Virus record (IMG/VR): IMGVR_UViG_3300010399_000031
Coordinates: 62,001-126,000 of that record
Reading direction: 5' to 3' (one strand)
DNA length: 64,000 nt
Each line of letters starts with the position of its first letter. Within the stretch, counting starts at the first letter, position 1. The position numbers were made by a program, and so were the translations under genes. Under the pieces are notes generated by a model, which did no database searches, was not told where the DNA came from, and worked only from the letters and a program-made list of their open reading frames with translations. This document shows, in pieces, positions 1 to 8,308 of the stretch.

Positions 1-242
1 AACTTGTCAAAATCTGTCAAGTTGGGCATAGCACATGAGAGAGTTGAAGACGCACTCGATACCAAGAGATCATCGGGGTTTGATCACCCTGACTTGATCG
101 TATGAGTGGTAAATACGTCTACACCATGTCGCACGATACGCCCTGAGGGGCCGCCTTGAGAGCTAACCCGAACTCCCGCCCTAAGGGGCGCATCGGTGCG
201 TAGTCGGCGGGCCCCTCACCACCACCCTTTTGGAGGAACCTG

Positions 243-344
243 ATGTTTAGGAGACTAAGAGAATGGTGGGAGTTTTGGATGGATTTTCGAGCTTTCATGA
301 AAGAACTTAAAGAAGTCAAGAACTCAACCACACTATCCAAATAG
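243..344 (+). CDS. small hypothetical protein (33 aa, MFRRLREWWEFWMDF...)
   Basis: Read by eye: ATG 243 to TAG 344, GGAGG at 232-236 upstream; W/F-rich amphipathic N-terminus. Confidence 0.4.
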   Translation: MFRRLREWWEFWMDFRAFMKELKEVKNSTTLSK

Positions 345-353
345 GAGACCAAC

Positions 354-599
354 ATGTTTGGCCGGTTCTTTAACTGGCTCTTCAGAAAAGAAATTGCAGC
401 TACGAAAAACGTATTTAGCGATGCGTCGTGTTCGTACTGTGAAAGTCGAGGTTTTTACCAGTACTCGATCGATGAAGTAGCCGTCTACAGTTGCACCCAC
501 TGCCGCAACGCTTTCACGTTGCCGCGCAACATCTGTACGCTAAGTGATGCAGATCAGGCATTGCCCGAGAAACAGAACACACCCCTTGGCGCGCTTTAG
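354..599 (+). CDS. small zinc-ribbon protein
   Basis: AGGAG upstream; two CxxC pairs (CSYC, CTHC). Confidence 0.6.
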   Translation: MFGRFFNWLFRKEIAATKNVFSDASCSYCESRGFYQYSIDEVAVYSCTHCRNAFTLPRNICTLSDADQALPEKQNTPLGAL

Positions 600-809
600 C
601 GCGATTGAGTCAGTTTTGCTATCTGTCTTCTATCCAGGAGGCGATAGCAAAACTGACTTATGCCGTTATACGGGATAGTCCTTGGAACAAAGTGAAAGAC
701 AATTCAGCTTTAAACATAGCTCTAAAACGCACCAGAACGGGCGTAGAGCGGCTCCTTTATCCTTTTTTATACGCACCACGTATCTTGTGGTACAAAGCCG
801 GGAAAACCG

Positions 810-1193
810 ATGCCGAAATACAATGCGACACTCATCCAAGATGCTGGTGAGTTGATTGCGTATCTAGAACAACCACTGTGGGTAATTCTCATGAAGTATG
901 ATCCGAGACATTACCTCAGTATAAAACACGTCTACGAGTGGTTAATCCGCGAGGAGATCGAAGTTGTCTACGGGCTATCGTGTATCGGACACAGACACCG
1001 ACTCGATCCTTACCGTAAGATACGGAACAAGCTTACCAGAGCCATACCAGTCCCGCTGGAGAAGTTAATTCCAGCCTACATCAAGGCCCCTCGAATTTAC
1101 GATAATCCATTTGTCCAAGTTGATCTGATGGAAGGCACCGACCTTTACATCCAGTACTTTCAACACGGGACTCAATCAGCACTGACTTTCTGA
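810..1193 (+). CDS. hypothetical protein, first gene of the packed pre-polymerase operon
   Basis: 127-aa ORF, 7-nt gap to the next gene; no recognised motif. Confidence 0.6.
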   Translation: MPKYNATLIQDAGELIAYLEQPLWVILMKYDPRHYLSIKHVYEWLIREEIEVVYGLSCIGHRHRLDPYRKIRNKLTRAIPVPLEKLIPAYIKAPRIYDNPFVQVDLMEGTDLYIQYFQHGTQSALTF

Positions 1194-1200
1194 AGAAAAA

Positions 1201-1923
1201 ATGGACCTTGCGCTTTTGGAAGCACTCACCGCTGAAGAGCATAGCGGTCGAAGACTTTATCTGGATATTCTTGAAGTTGCGTCACGACTGGAGCGCAACT
1301 ACGGTCATTACTTCAAACCCTATTTAGGAGAGCAGCTGTATTTTGATGGCGTAAGTCGCCCGATCCTGGATTTCGAAAAGAACACCTATCACTCGATGGT
1401 GGAGAAAGATCCACTAAGACCGGGTGAACTCGTGAGTGTGTCGATCCGCGACGCCAATGCGCTGCGTGAGGCGGATGTGTACGATCAACACGAGCGGCTG
1501 GTGGTGCGGGGTAAAGATGTGGTCAAATTGCGGGTGCAGCCAAGTGATCCTGTGCGCATGATGGATTTCATCGTGGAGTACGTCTCGGACTACTGCCACT
1601 CACGCATTCCCGCATTTGAAAAGAAAGGGCGAGGTCTTAATGAGATCTTCGAAAGTTTTCTCTCACCCGAGATGCTCGATGACTTTGAGGTCTTAAAGAA
1701 AAAGGACCCCAATGATGCGGAATACTTTGTCTCAGAAATCTTCTACTTGATCGATCCCTTGTTAGCCGAAGTGCGCGAATTCATGGGGCCGAACAAGTGG
1801 ATGATTTTCCTGGTCAGGCGCCAAGCGTTTGATTTGGTGCTCGACGCCTATCTAGACTACCGCATCTACGTCTATCATGAGCGACTCAAGCAAGAGCAGG
1901 ACGATACCTCATGCGAGTCGTAA
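1201..1923 (+). CDS. hypothetical protein, possible divergent member of tandem paralog array
   Basis: 240-aa ORF overlapping the next gene; C-terminal segment WMIFLVRRQAFDLVL. Confidence 0.7.
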   Translation: MDLALLEALTAEEHSGRRLYLDILEVASRLERNYGHYFKPYLGEQLYFDGVSRPILDFEKNTYHSMVEKDPLRPGELVSVSIRDANALREADVYDQHERLVVRGKDVVKLRVQPSDPVRMMDFIVEYVSDYCHSRIPAFEKKGRGLNEIFESFLSPEMLDDFEVLKKKDPNDAEYFVSEIFYLIDPLLAEVREFMGPNKWMIFLVRRQAFDLVLDAYLDYRIYVYHERLKQEQDDTSCES

Positions 1924-2378
1924 ATCAAGTATTTGTCATCTCGCTACAAGAGCCGGCGCTACTGGTCAAAGACTACATGCGCAAGTTCTACAGTCAGAGT
2001 GACGAAGAAATTTGCCGCTCCCCAGAGTTAGCCAACAAAGTTGCTAACTATCCGTGCATGACTTACATGGGGTTGCTCGCGCAAGCGATTTTTAACACCC
2101 CCGTCAGTCATGTGGGGAAAACCGATAAGGATCTGGAGCAAGCAGAAAAGCTGTTGATTTGGGATGGGATGAAACCCCAGGTTGTTGTTGAGTGTGCAAG
2201 ACGCAGTTTCGAGTTGTGTGTGGACATCATTGCCGCCACTATCCCCAATCTTGTCTTTTACGATGAGGGCGGAGTTGACTTTACCATGCTCAACGAGTTT
2301 GATCTGCGGGTGAATTTGCCCATCGACTTGGATAAGTTAGAAGAAAACCACATCGATGATATTTATCGAGGAGCCTAA
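1911..2378 (+). CDS. hypothetical protein, possible member of tandem paralog array
   Basis: 155-aa ORF overlapping its neighbours; N-terminal VFVIS strand, C-terminal FTMLNEFDLRV. Confidence 0.7.
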   Translation: MRVVNQVFVISLQEPALLVKDYMRKFYSQSDEEICRSPELANKVANYPCMTYMGLLAQAIFNTPVSHVGKTDKDLEQAEKLLIWDGMKPQVVVECARRSFELCVDIIAATIPNLVFYDEGGVDFTMLNEFDLRVNLPIDLDKLEENHIDDIYRGA

Positions 2379-2849
2379 GTGTACGTTATTCTGAATACGG
2401 ATGAATTAGTCCAGCGCTATATGGCCTATGATTCGTTGTTCAGCTTCTACGAAAACGGTATCAAAGATCTCATCAAGGATGCTGTCTTTGAAACCGGCAA
2501 GCGCAATAAGTTTCGCTTCATGGGGGAACGCCACCTCGAAGCGTACTGGGATCAGTCTTTAGCGGGACGGACCGCACGCGCTTGGGAAGAAGCCATCGAT
2601 ATGGCACTCGATCATAGCCCGCAGTCGGTGCAAGATTATCAGCAAGCGCATTACAAAGTGGATCGAGACGTGATTCACCTTGTCGCTGAGCAGATTGAGG
2701 AGGAAGCTGAGCAGTTGATTTTATCGCTGATCAAGGAAAGGAGCTTTAAGATTTTACACGTCAACCCAAAACACGTCAACGAGTGGATTGGTAACGATTT
2801 GGTAGTGGAGATCGCTCGCGTGCCGGAGGAGTACGATGGTTGCGCCTAA
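2379..2849 (+). CDS. hypothetical protein, tandem paralog array
   Basis: GTG start directly after previous stop; MYVILN...WIGNDLVV. Confidence 0.7.
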   Translation: MYVILNTDELVQRYMAYDSLFSFYENGIKDLIKDAVFETGKRNKFRFMGERHLEAYWDQSLAGRTARAWEEAIDMALDHSPQSVQDYQQAHYKVDRDVIHLVAEQIEEEAEQLILSLIKERSFKILHVNPKHVNEWIGNDLVVEIARVPEEYDGCA

Positions 2850-3306
2850 TCAGTTGGTTGCCGATTACACCCAATTTCCGGAGCACTTGATTCTGGACTT
2901 TGAAGATATCTTCTGGAGGATGCGGCGCGACGTATCGATGATCTATCCGCATGAGGTCGATTGGGACTTACTTTTCTCCAGGATGTTCTCTGGCCTTCAG
3001 CGCTTGGAGCAACGACGACTAGCGTATAGCGGTTGGCTTGAAAACCAAGACCTCATCGAACAGGTGCTCGACATTGCCAATGGAGATGAGATTTTCCCGG
3101 ACCTCTTTGATGTCAACAAGATGGAGCGCTTGTATCGCGTGTTAAAGCGAGCCGGGCTGGAAATCAAAGAGCGCCTTTTGACCCTCATGGCGTACCATCG
3201 CGGGGTTTTTCCCTATACCTACAGAACAATGATTTCCGATGGATGTCTATTCTTTTCTAGAAATGAAAGCATCTACGATACCCGAGTTCCTGATCCTGAA
3301 TTCTGA
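2836..3306 (+). CDS. hypothetical protein, tandem paralog array
   Basis: GGAGGAG upstream; PEHLILD...AYHRGVFPYTY...DGCLFF. Confidence 0.75.
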   Translation: MVAPNQLVADYTQFPEHLILDFEDIFWRMRRDVSMIYPHEVDWDLLFSRMFSGLQRLEQRRLAYSGWLENQDLIEQVLDIANGDEIFPDLFDVNKMERLYRVLKRAGLEIKERLLTLMAYHRGVFPYTYRTMISDGCLFFSRNESIYDTRVPDPEF

Positions 3307-3673
3307 GAACGAGGCTCGTGAGTTGGGCTTTCTGACTCAGTACTTCCCGGTTGAAGACGGAGAAGTGTTTTGCAACATTTTGGAGTGCATCGTTTACGAG
3401 AAAACAGCCGAATTGGAACTGGAGGTCCACCGGCGCGATGTACTAACGATGATGGTTGAAGACGGTCATGGTCTTTATGCTGAGAGCATGGCTAACTTGA
3501 TTCATCGGCTTGGTCAAACCGTTTTTCAGCAGTTGCGCGGCTTCGGGGCGTATTACAAGGGGTTTTTACCTTACTGCTATTGTCAAGACCTGGACGGAGA
3601 TCTCGTGCTGCGGGCATTGAGCTACCGAGATTTGCGTCTGCACTTTAAGGAAGACGAGGAAGAAAATGAATGA
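3263..3673 (+). CDS. hypothetical protein, tandem paralog array
   Basis: PEFLILN...AYYKGFLPYCY...DGDLVL; ATG 3263 preferred over 3239. Confidence 0.7.
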   Translation: MKASTIPEFLILNSENEARELGFLTQYFPVEDGEVFCNILECIVYEKTAELELEVHRRDVLTMMVEDGHGLYAESMANLIHRLGQTVFQQLRGFGAYYKGFLPYCYCQDLDGDLVLRALSYRDLRLHFKEDEEENE

Positions 3674-4073
3674 CCTGATCGAAGCTCAGGTCATTCCGCT
3701 CACCGTCATCGTACCTACGGAAGACTTGATTGCTGAGTTTAACCGAACGCTTTTTCCCCTCACCATCAGCGACTTCGATCTGCGCGAGATCATGACTCAG
3801 ATTTCTGAGCAGATCGACAGTTGCGATAAGAAAAGTACGTTTGAATTTTTCCGGCAGTTACCCAAGTTCGATCGTATAGTGTGTAAGCCATTTAGTGAAA
3901 CGATCGAGCGGCAACATCTGCTTAAGTGTGCGGTCTTCACTCTTGCTACCGGGTTGTATGATCGACTTGAAAACCTGCGGGTTTTTGATTCTTACCGGTT
4001 CATGAGTAAATTTCCGTACTGTTTTGATAAGATGGTGGGAAACGACGCAGTGTATTTCCACATCCCGTACTGA
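3666..4073 (+). CDS. hypothetical protein, tandem paralog array
   Basis: PLTVIVP...KFPYCFDKMVGNDAVY; overlaps previous stop. Confidence 0.75.
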   Translation: MNDLIEAQVIPLTVIVPTEDLIAEFNRTLFPLTISDFDLREIMTQISEQIDSCDKKSTFEFFRQLPKFDRIVCKPFSETIERQHLLKCAVFTLATGLYDRLENLRVFDSYRFMSKFPYCFDKMVGNDAVYFHIPY

Positions 4074-4103
4074 TCGTGTCCTCATTTTTCCCAAAGAGCG
4101 AAC

Positions 4104-4514
4104 ATGTCTACTCAATACCAGATCGGGAGTACCTACTCCTTTAGTGTCTATCCGGTCGCGCAGCTTGGTAACAACTTCCAAAACATCCAAGTATTGGCGT
4201 TACTAGACGCCACCACGGTGCAGCAACTCGGCGTTGACATCTGGGCGATGCACAAAAACATCTACCCGACGCTACCAGCAGGCACCCCCAACGACCCGAC
4301 ACAGTTCCAGTATCTGCGCATCAAACTCCAGTCCGGCACGAGCACCATTATCGCGATCCCCTGGATCAACGATTCGACGGTGGAACTCGTGAGTGCCCAG
4401 ACGCTTGACGTGAAGATTTACAACGTTGATCCGGCCACCTGGATTCCGCGCGTGCAACTGGCCTTAGCTCAACTCGGCCTGAATAACGTCCAAGTCTCAG
4501 TGTTCACTGGATAG
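4104..4514 (+). CDS. conserved phiKZ-like beta-rich protein, likely virion-associated
   Basis: 136-aa ORF with strong codon bias, in the position just before the DNA polymerase gene. Confidence 0.55.
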   Translation: MSTQYQIGSTYSFSVYPVAQLGNNFQNIQVLALLDATTVQQLGVDIWAMHKNIYPTLPAGTPNDPTQFQYLRIKLQSGTSTIIAIPWINDSTVELVSAQTLDVKIYNVDPATWIPRVQLALAQLGLNNVQVSVFTG

Positions 4515-4554
4515 GATGTGAGTGCTTGATCAACTAGATTTTTTTAGTGGATCG

Positions 4555-4900
4555 CATATTCTCTGAGAAGGTAAAGGGCGAAACGTGACTCGTCCGGTTT
4601 GCTGGTTCAACCCCGTGGGCAGTGCGGCACAGGGGGAGTAACTGGAACTTTGGTGCCGGGAACACCTTAGAGCGTCACGACCGCTGTACCCGCTGGTGCC
4701 ACCTTAATCGAGTTGGCTGCTTTCCTTGGTGGCGGACCCGATGCATCCCGTGTTAAGACTTCACTCATCTTGATCCGGCGTCAGAACGGGTGTGCACCAG
4801 CACCTTTTGGTGTACCCATGTGTCCAGCCTTTTGACATGTGGCGCTGTTTTGAGCATTTGGAACCTCGCAAATTAGGGGAGGGCTTTGGCTCTCCCCGCC
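4555..4900 (+). ncRNA. candidate structured non-coding RNA (unknown family)
   Basis: No convincing ORF; nested complementary segments (4584-4589/4674-4679, 4625-4630/4653-4658, 4692-4699/4794-4801, 4698-4703/4728-4733, 4736-4740/4787-4791); promoter-like sequence upstream, terminator downstream. Confidence 0.4.
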
Positions 4901-4916
4901 TTTTTCTTTTATGCCC
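4876..4916 (+). terminator. intrinsic terminator followed by TATGCC
   Basis: GGGGAGGGC-TTTG-GCTCTCCCC, then T-tract and TATGCC. Confidence 0.8.
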
Positions 4917-4990
4917 TTATTTTTTTTTTGTCGTTACTTTTCTAGCGAGCGTATCAATAGTACGAGTGAAGATCCCCCACGGAGTAAAAG

Positions 4991-7219
4991 ATGGAACTGA
5001 ATAACCCTTTTGTCCTGAAACCCGAGGCTTATAAGCGAGATATCGATATTTTGCGCCACTATGTTGATCAAGCAGCTACGTATCTTGTCATCATGACTGG
5101 GAAGAATTATGCCGAGTGCATCAACTATGTGAAAAAGCAATTGGGTAAGGGCGGGCGATTTGAGTTTCAAGATCGTAAGATCACCTACGCTGAGCGCGGG
5201 GATAATGGTGATCGAGAGTTGAAAGAGGGCCCACTCTCGTGGTTCTTGACCACCTCGGTAAAAGAACAAGATATTATCGCCCCCACATTCACGACGTACT
5301 TGCACCCGAAGAAAAAGAAGTCGCTCTTTGCCATCTATATTGCGCTGGGTAAAAAACGCCGCAATAAAGCTAAGCACGAAATGTTCACAGCAGAGATGGC
5401 GCGAGATGATGCATTGAAGGTCAACGATACCGTTACAGCTACGGCTCAAGATCGACTCTATGCGTTTAAGAAGGTGGAGCAAGTCTACGCCAAACAAAAG
5501 AACAACTCTCTCTCGGGCGGACACAACTCCACTTCCACCACGCTTATCAATAAGACCGCCCACTCGACACTGACCTCCATTTGTCGGGCAACGTCCGGCT
5601 ATGGTAATGCGAACAACGAAAAGTTTCTTGCTGGTAATCGCCATTACTGGTCGCCAATGATCGCGACGAATAACATCGTCTCCATCGTGCGACATACTGA
5701 CTACAAACAGTTGCAGGCGGTTATCGAGAAGTATCAGATGTATTTACCCACAGCGCAAGATGTAATCGACGTGATCGATTACTCTGCCAAGCACTACTGG
5801 GGTCCGCACTGGAAGAGTACTGCTACCCATACTCGCCTGATGGAGATAGCTGCTCGCCTCACCCCTCTTCAGCGTGCCGCCTTTGTCTATACGGGTGATC
5901 TGTATCACATCCGTCAGTACAATTCGGACTTTGTGCGCACCTTGGTGATGGGATTATCCAAACGGGTCGATGTCGAACACCCCAATCCTCAAGAAGTCTT
6001 TAAGCGTTGCTTCGATGATCAGCGTAATTTGGCAATTGTGATTTGCTCACACGTCACCAAGGGGATCGACCCGGATAAACTGAAGGACCATCCCCATCCG
6101 TACGCTGTGACTGCCTCGACGATCGAAAACATCTACACTACGCTAGAAGAGTACGAGGATTTTATCAAGACGTTTTTCGTCACCGAGAACATGCCTGCCT
6201 CGATGGCTTATTTTCCGGAATCTATCCGGCATACGGCCTTGATGTCGGATACGGACTCCACCATCTTTACCGCTCAGGAATGGGTCGATTGGGCGTTTGG
6301 TCGAATCGGATTTAGCGACGAGGAAAATAATCTTTCTTCCGCTATGATTTACATGGCGTCAGCTTCGATCACTCATGTGCTTGCCAGGATGTCAGCCAAC
6401 ATGGGCGTCGATACATCGATGATCCACCAGATCGCGATGAAGAACGAGTACAAGTTTGACATCTTTGTACCGACCAACGAAGCAAAGCATTACTTTGCTT
6501 TGATTTCCTCGCAAGAAGGAAAGGTGTACAATAAGTTGAAGGAAGAGATCAAAGGAGTACACCTGAAGAACTCGAATGTCAATAAGTACATCATGGGGGT
6601 GGCTAAAAAGACCATGATCGAATCGATGGAGACGATCATGCGTGGCGAGATGATCGATCTGAAAGCGTACTTAAAACAGTTCGCTGATATCGAGCGCAGT
6701 ATCAAAGAATCGATCGAAAAGGGTTCACACGACTTCTTTCGTTTTGGACGAGTCAATCAACTGTCTTCCTATAAGCGCAAAGAAGATAAAGAAAAAGGTT
6801 GGATCGAACCTGAACATGATTGGATGGCAAGAACTCCCTATCGTTTTTACTTGCTCTGGAAAGAGGTCTTTGCACCATTTTACGGTGATGTGCCAGAGCC
6901 ACCCTATACGTGTTTGAAACTGTCATCAAATCTCGATACGATGGGTAAAACCAAGGAGTGGTTGGCGTCGATAGAGAACCGGGAGTTGGCTGATCGATTG
7001 ACCGAGTGGATGAAGAAGTACAAAAAGTCGTACCTTGGCATGGTGATGTTACCTGAGCAGATCGTGGCGATGCGCGGTATTCCGCCCGAATTGCTCAAGG
7101 TGGTTGATATACGCAACATGATCGTGGAGTCAACAGCGGTCTTCTATAAGCTGAGCGAAGCGTATGGCGTGTACATGCTTAACGATAAGAGAACTAAACT
7201 TTTTTTGGACTACTACTGA
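4991..7219 (+). CDS. family B DNA polymerase, polymerase-domain subunit (phiKZ gp50-like)
   Basis: Motif B AKQKNNSLSG and motif C LMSDTDSTIF; lacks exonuclease and motif A, which lie in 45002-46765. Confidence 0.88.
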   Translation: MELNNPFVLKPEAYKRDIDILRHYVDQAATYLVIMTGKNYAECINYVKKQLGKGGRFEFQDRKITYAERGDNGDRELKEGPLSWFLTTSVKEQDIIAPTFTTYLHPKKKKSLFAIYIALGKKRRNKAKHEMFTAEMARDDALKVNDTVTATAQDRLYAFKKVEQVYAKQKNNSLSGGHNSTSTTLINKTAHSTLTSICRATSGYGNANNEKFLAGNRHYWSPMIATNNIVSIVRHTDYKQLQAVIEKYQMYLPTAQDVIDVIDYSAKHYWGPHWKSTATHTRLMEIAARLTPLQRAAFVYTGDLYHIRQYNSDFVRTLVMGLSKRVDVEHPNPQEVFKRCFDDQRNLAIVICSHVTKGIDPDKLKDHPHPYAVTASTIENIYTTLEEYEDFIKTFFVTENMPASMAYFPESIRHTALMSDTDSTIFTAQEWVDWAFGRIGFSDEENNLSSAMIYMASASITHVLARMSANMGVDTSMIHQIAMKNEYKFDIFVPTNEAKHYFALISSQEGKVYNKLKEEIKGVHLKNSNVNKYIMGVAKKTMIESMETIMRGEMIDLKAYLKQFADIERSIKESIEKGSHDFFRFGRVNQLSSYKRKEDKEKGWIEPEHDWMARTPYRFYLLWKEVFAPFYGDVPEPPYTCLKLSSNLDTMGKTKEWLASIENRELADRLTEWMKKYKKSYLGMVMLPEQIVAMRGIPPELLKVVDIRNMIVESTAVFYKLSEAYGVYMLNDKRTKLFLDYY

Positions 7220-7374
7220 TGAAACTAGGAATCATTGGTATTTATCTGGGAGTGATGGTTTTCTTCATTGCAATGGCCATCGGTGTCCTCGTGAGAAAAC
7301 CCTCCAAACGTTTTCCCGATCCCCCACCCGGTTATTACGAGTGGCTTAACAAAACCAACAAACCGAGGCAATGA
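7219..7374 (+). CDS. small membrane protein (51 aa)
   Basis: Read by eye: MKLGIIGIYLGVMVFFIAMAIGVLVRK..., ATG overlaps the polymerase stop (TGATG). Confidence 0.6.
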   Translation: MKLGIIGIYLGVMVFFIAMAIGVLVRKPSKRFPDPPPGYYEWLNKTNKPRQ

Positions 7375-7402
7375 AGGTACCGATTAAAGGTAGGGAGGGT
7401 GT

Positions 7403-7837
7403 ATGTCGGAAGAAGTCGCAATTATCGTGCGAGGCTCCGCCGGAAGCGGCAAGTCAGCCTTACTCGGCGAGATTCAAATTCTGCTCCAGGCGATGCGCGT
7501 ACCTCACCGTTTCGAAGACCCGCAAAAATGGCAACAAGAGCTTAATTTGACTGGTGCCGATTGGCAGGCGGAATTGGAGCGCACCAAGCCCGTAGTGGTG
7601 CTCTGTGAAGAGCCTGCAATGGACCCATTCGGTCCTGCGATGCGTAAAGCATATGAGGATGGTAGACAGGCATTTCGTGACGGTTTTCCTGTCAACTCCA
7701 ATCCTTACGCGCAACAACTGTCGTCCTCAACGGTCGCTCTTGTTGTCCAATGGCTTGTAGGCTACAACTTCGAAATCGCTGTAGCCTACAGCGCGTTGCA
7801 GGAAAACTACAACGCGTTACGGGAAAAGCAATCATGA
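7403..7837 (+). CDS. protein with N-terminal Walker A-like loop and C-terminal RMF-like motif
   Basis: GGGAGG upstream; IIVRGSAGSGKS; AYEDGRQAFRDGFPVNSNPY...QWLVGY. Confidence 0.55.
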   Translation: MSEEVAIIVRGSAGSGKSALLGEIQILLQAMRVPHRFEDPQKWQQELNLTGADWQAELERTKPVVVLCEEPAMDPFGPAMRKAYEDGRQAFRDGFPVNSNPYAQQLSSSTVALVVQWLVGYNFEIAVAYSALQENYNALREKQS

Positions 7838-8019
7838 TCAAGGAAATCCTCCTTATCTGTGCTGGCTTCATCATCGCCTGTGTGGTTGCCGTCAAGTACG
7901 GACCGTGGTTCAAGAAAACCTCGACCACGGTTACCCAGGACGTCACTAACGTCGAGAACAACATCAAGAAAGAGGCGGGAAGCGATGGCAACAATTCTGG
8001 CCCATCCACTGGCGCTTAA
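7834..8019 (+). CDS. small membrane protein (61 aa)
   Basis: ATGA overlap with previous gene; ILLICAGFIIACVVAVKY hydrophobic helix. Confidence 0.6.
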   Translation: MIKEILLICAGFIIACVVAVKYGPWFKKTSTTVTQDVTNVENNIKKEAGSDGNNSGPSTGA

Positions 8020-8122
8020 GATCGTCATCGGCGTCATCTGCGCCGCAGTGGTGAGCGCCTACGCGGTCAAGCGCTATTTGAAGTACCTCAATAGCGACGC
8101 GCAAGGTAACGACTGGATGTAA
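7985..8122 (+). CDS. small membrane protein (45 aa)
   Basis: MATILAHPLALKIVIGVICAAVVSAYAVKRY; GAGGCGGGA upstream. Confidence 0.5.
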   Translation: MATILAHPLALKIVIGVICAAVVSAYAVKRYLKYLNSDAQGNDWM

Positions 8123-8146
8123 GATTCAATTACAAGGGGAAGCACC

Positions 8147-8308
8147 ATGAAAATCATCGCTACGGTCAAAACACTCGCCCAAGCTTTGATGGTTGGTTTT
8201 CATTATGGACATGTTCAGTTGCGTCAGAACGGTTCTGGTATTTCTCCGATGCCGATCGGTTGGGTTAGCCCAGTGAGTGTTCGATCTCTCCCGGTACTTC
8301 GCATCTAG
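8147..8308 (+). CDS. small hypothetical protein (53 aa)
   Basis: Read by eye: AGGGGA upstream, MKIIATVKTLAQ...; ends at the bidirectional hairpin. Confidence 0.45.
   Translation: MKIIATVKTLAQALMVGFHYGHVQLRQNGSGISPMPIGWVSPVSVRSLPVLRI

Noticed and set aside
145-221. Canonical tRNA gene
   Set aside because: Acceptor-like stem and ACCA are present, but there is no T-loop GTTCRA, D-loop or 7-nt anticodon loop; kept only as a tRNA-like finding
4555-4800. RNase P RNA, tmRNA or group II intron identity for the structured intergenic region
   Set aside because: Short look-alikes (GGTAAAGGGCGAAA, CAGTGC, GGCTGCTT, CAGAAC, GTGCG) occur, but not in RNase P order; no GAGGAAAGTCC, no tmRNA termini or tag, no domain V
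4792-5004. 70-aa ORF in the track upstream of the polymerase
   Set aside because: Runs through the terminator and poly-T tracts, GTG start without RBS; likely spurious
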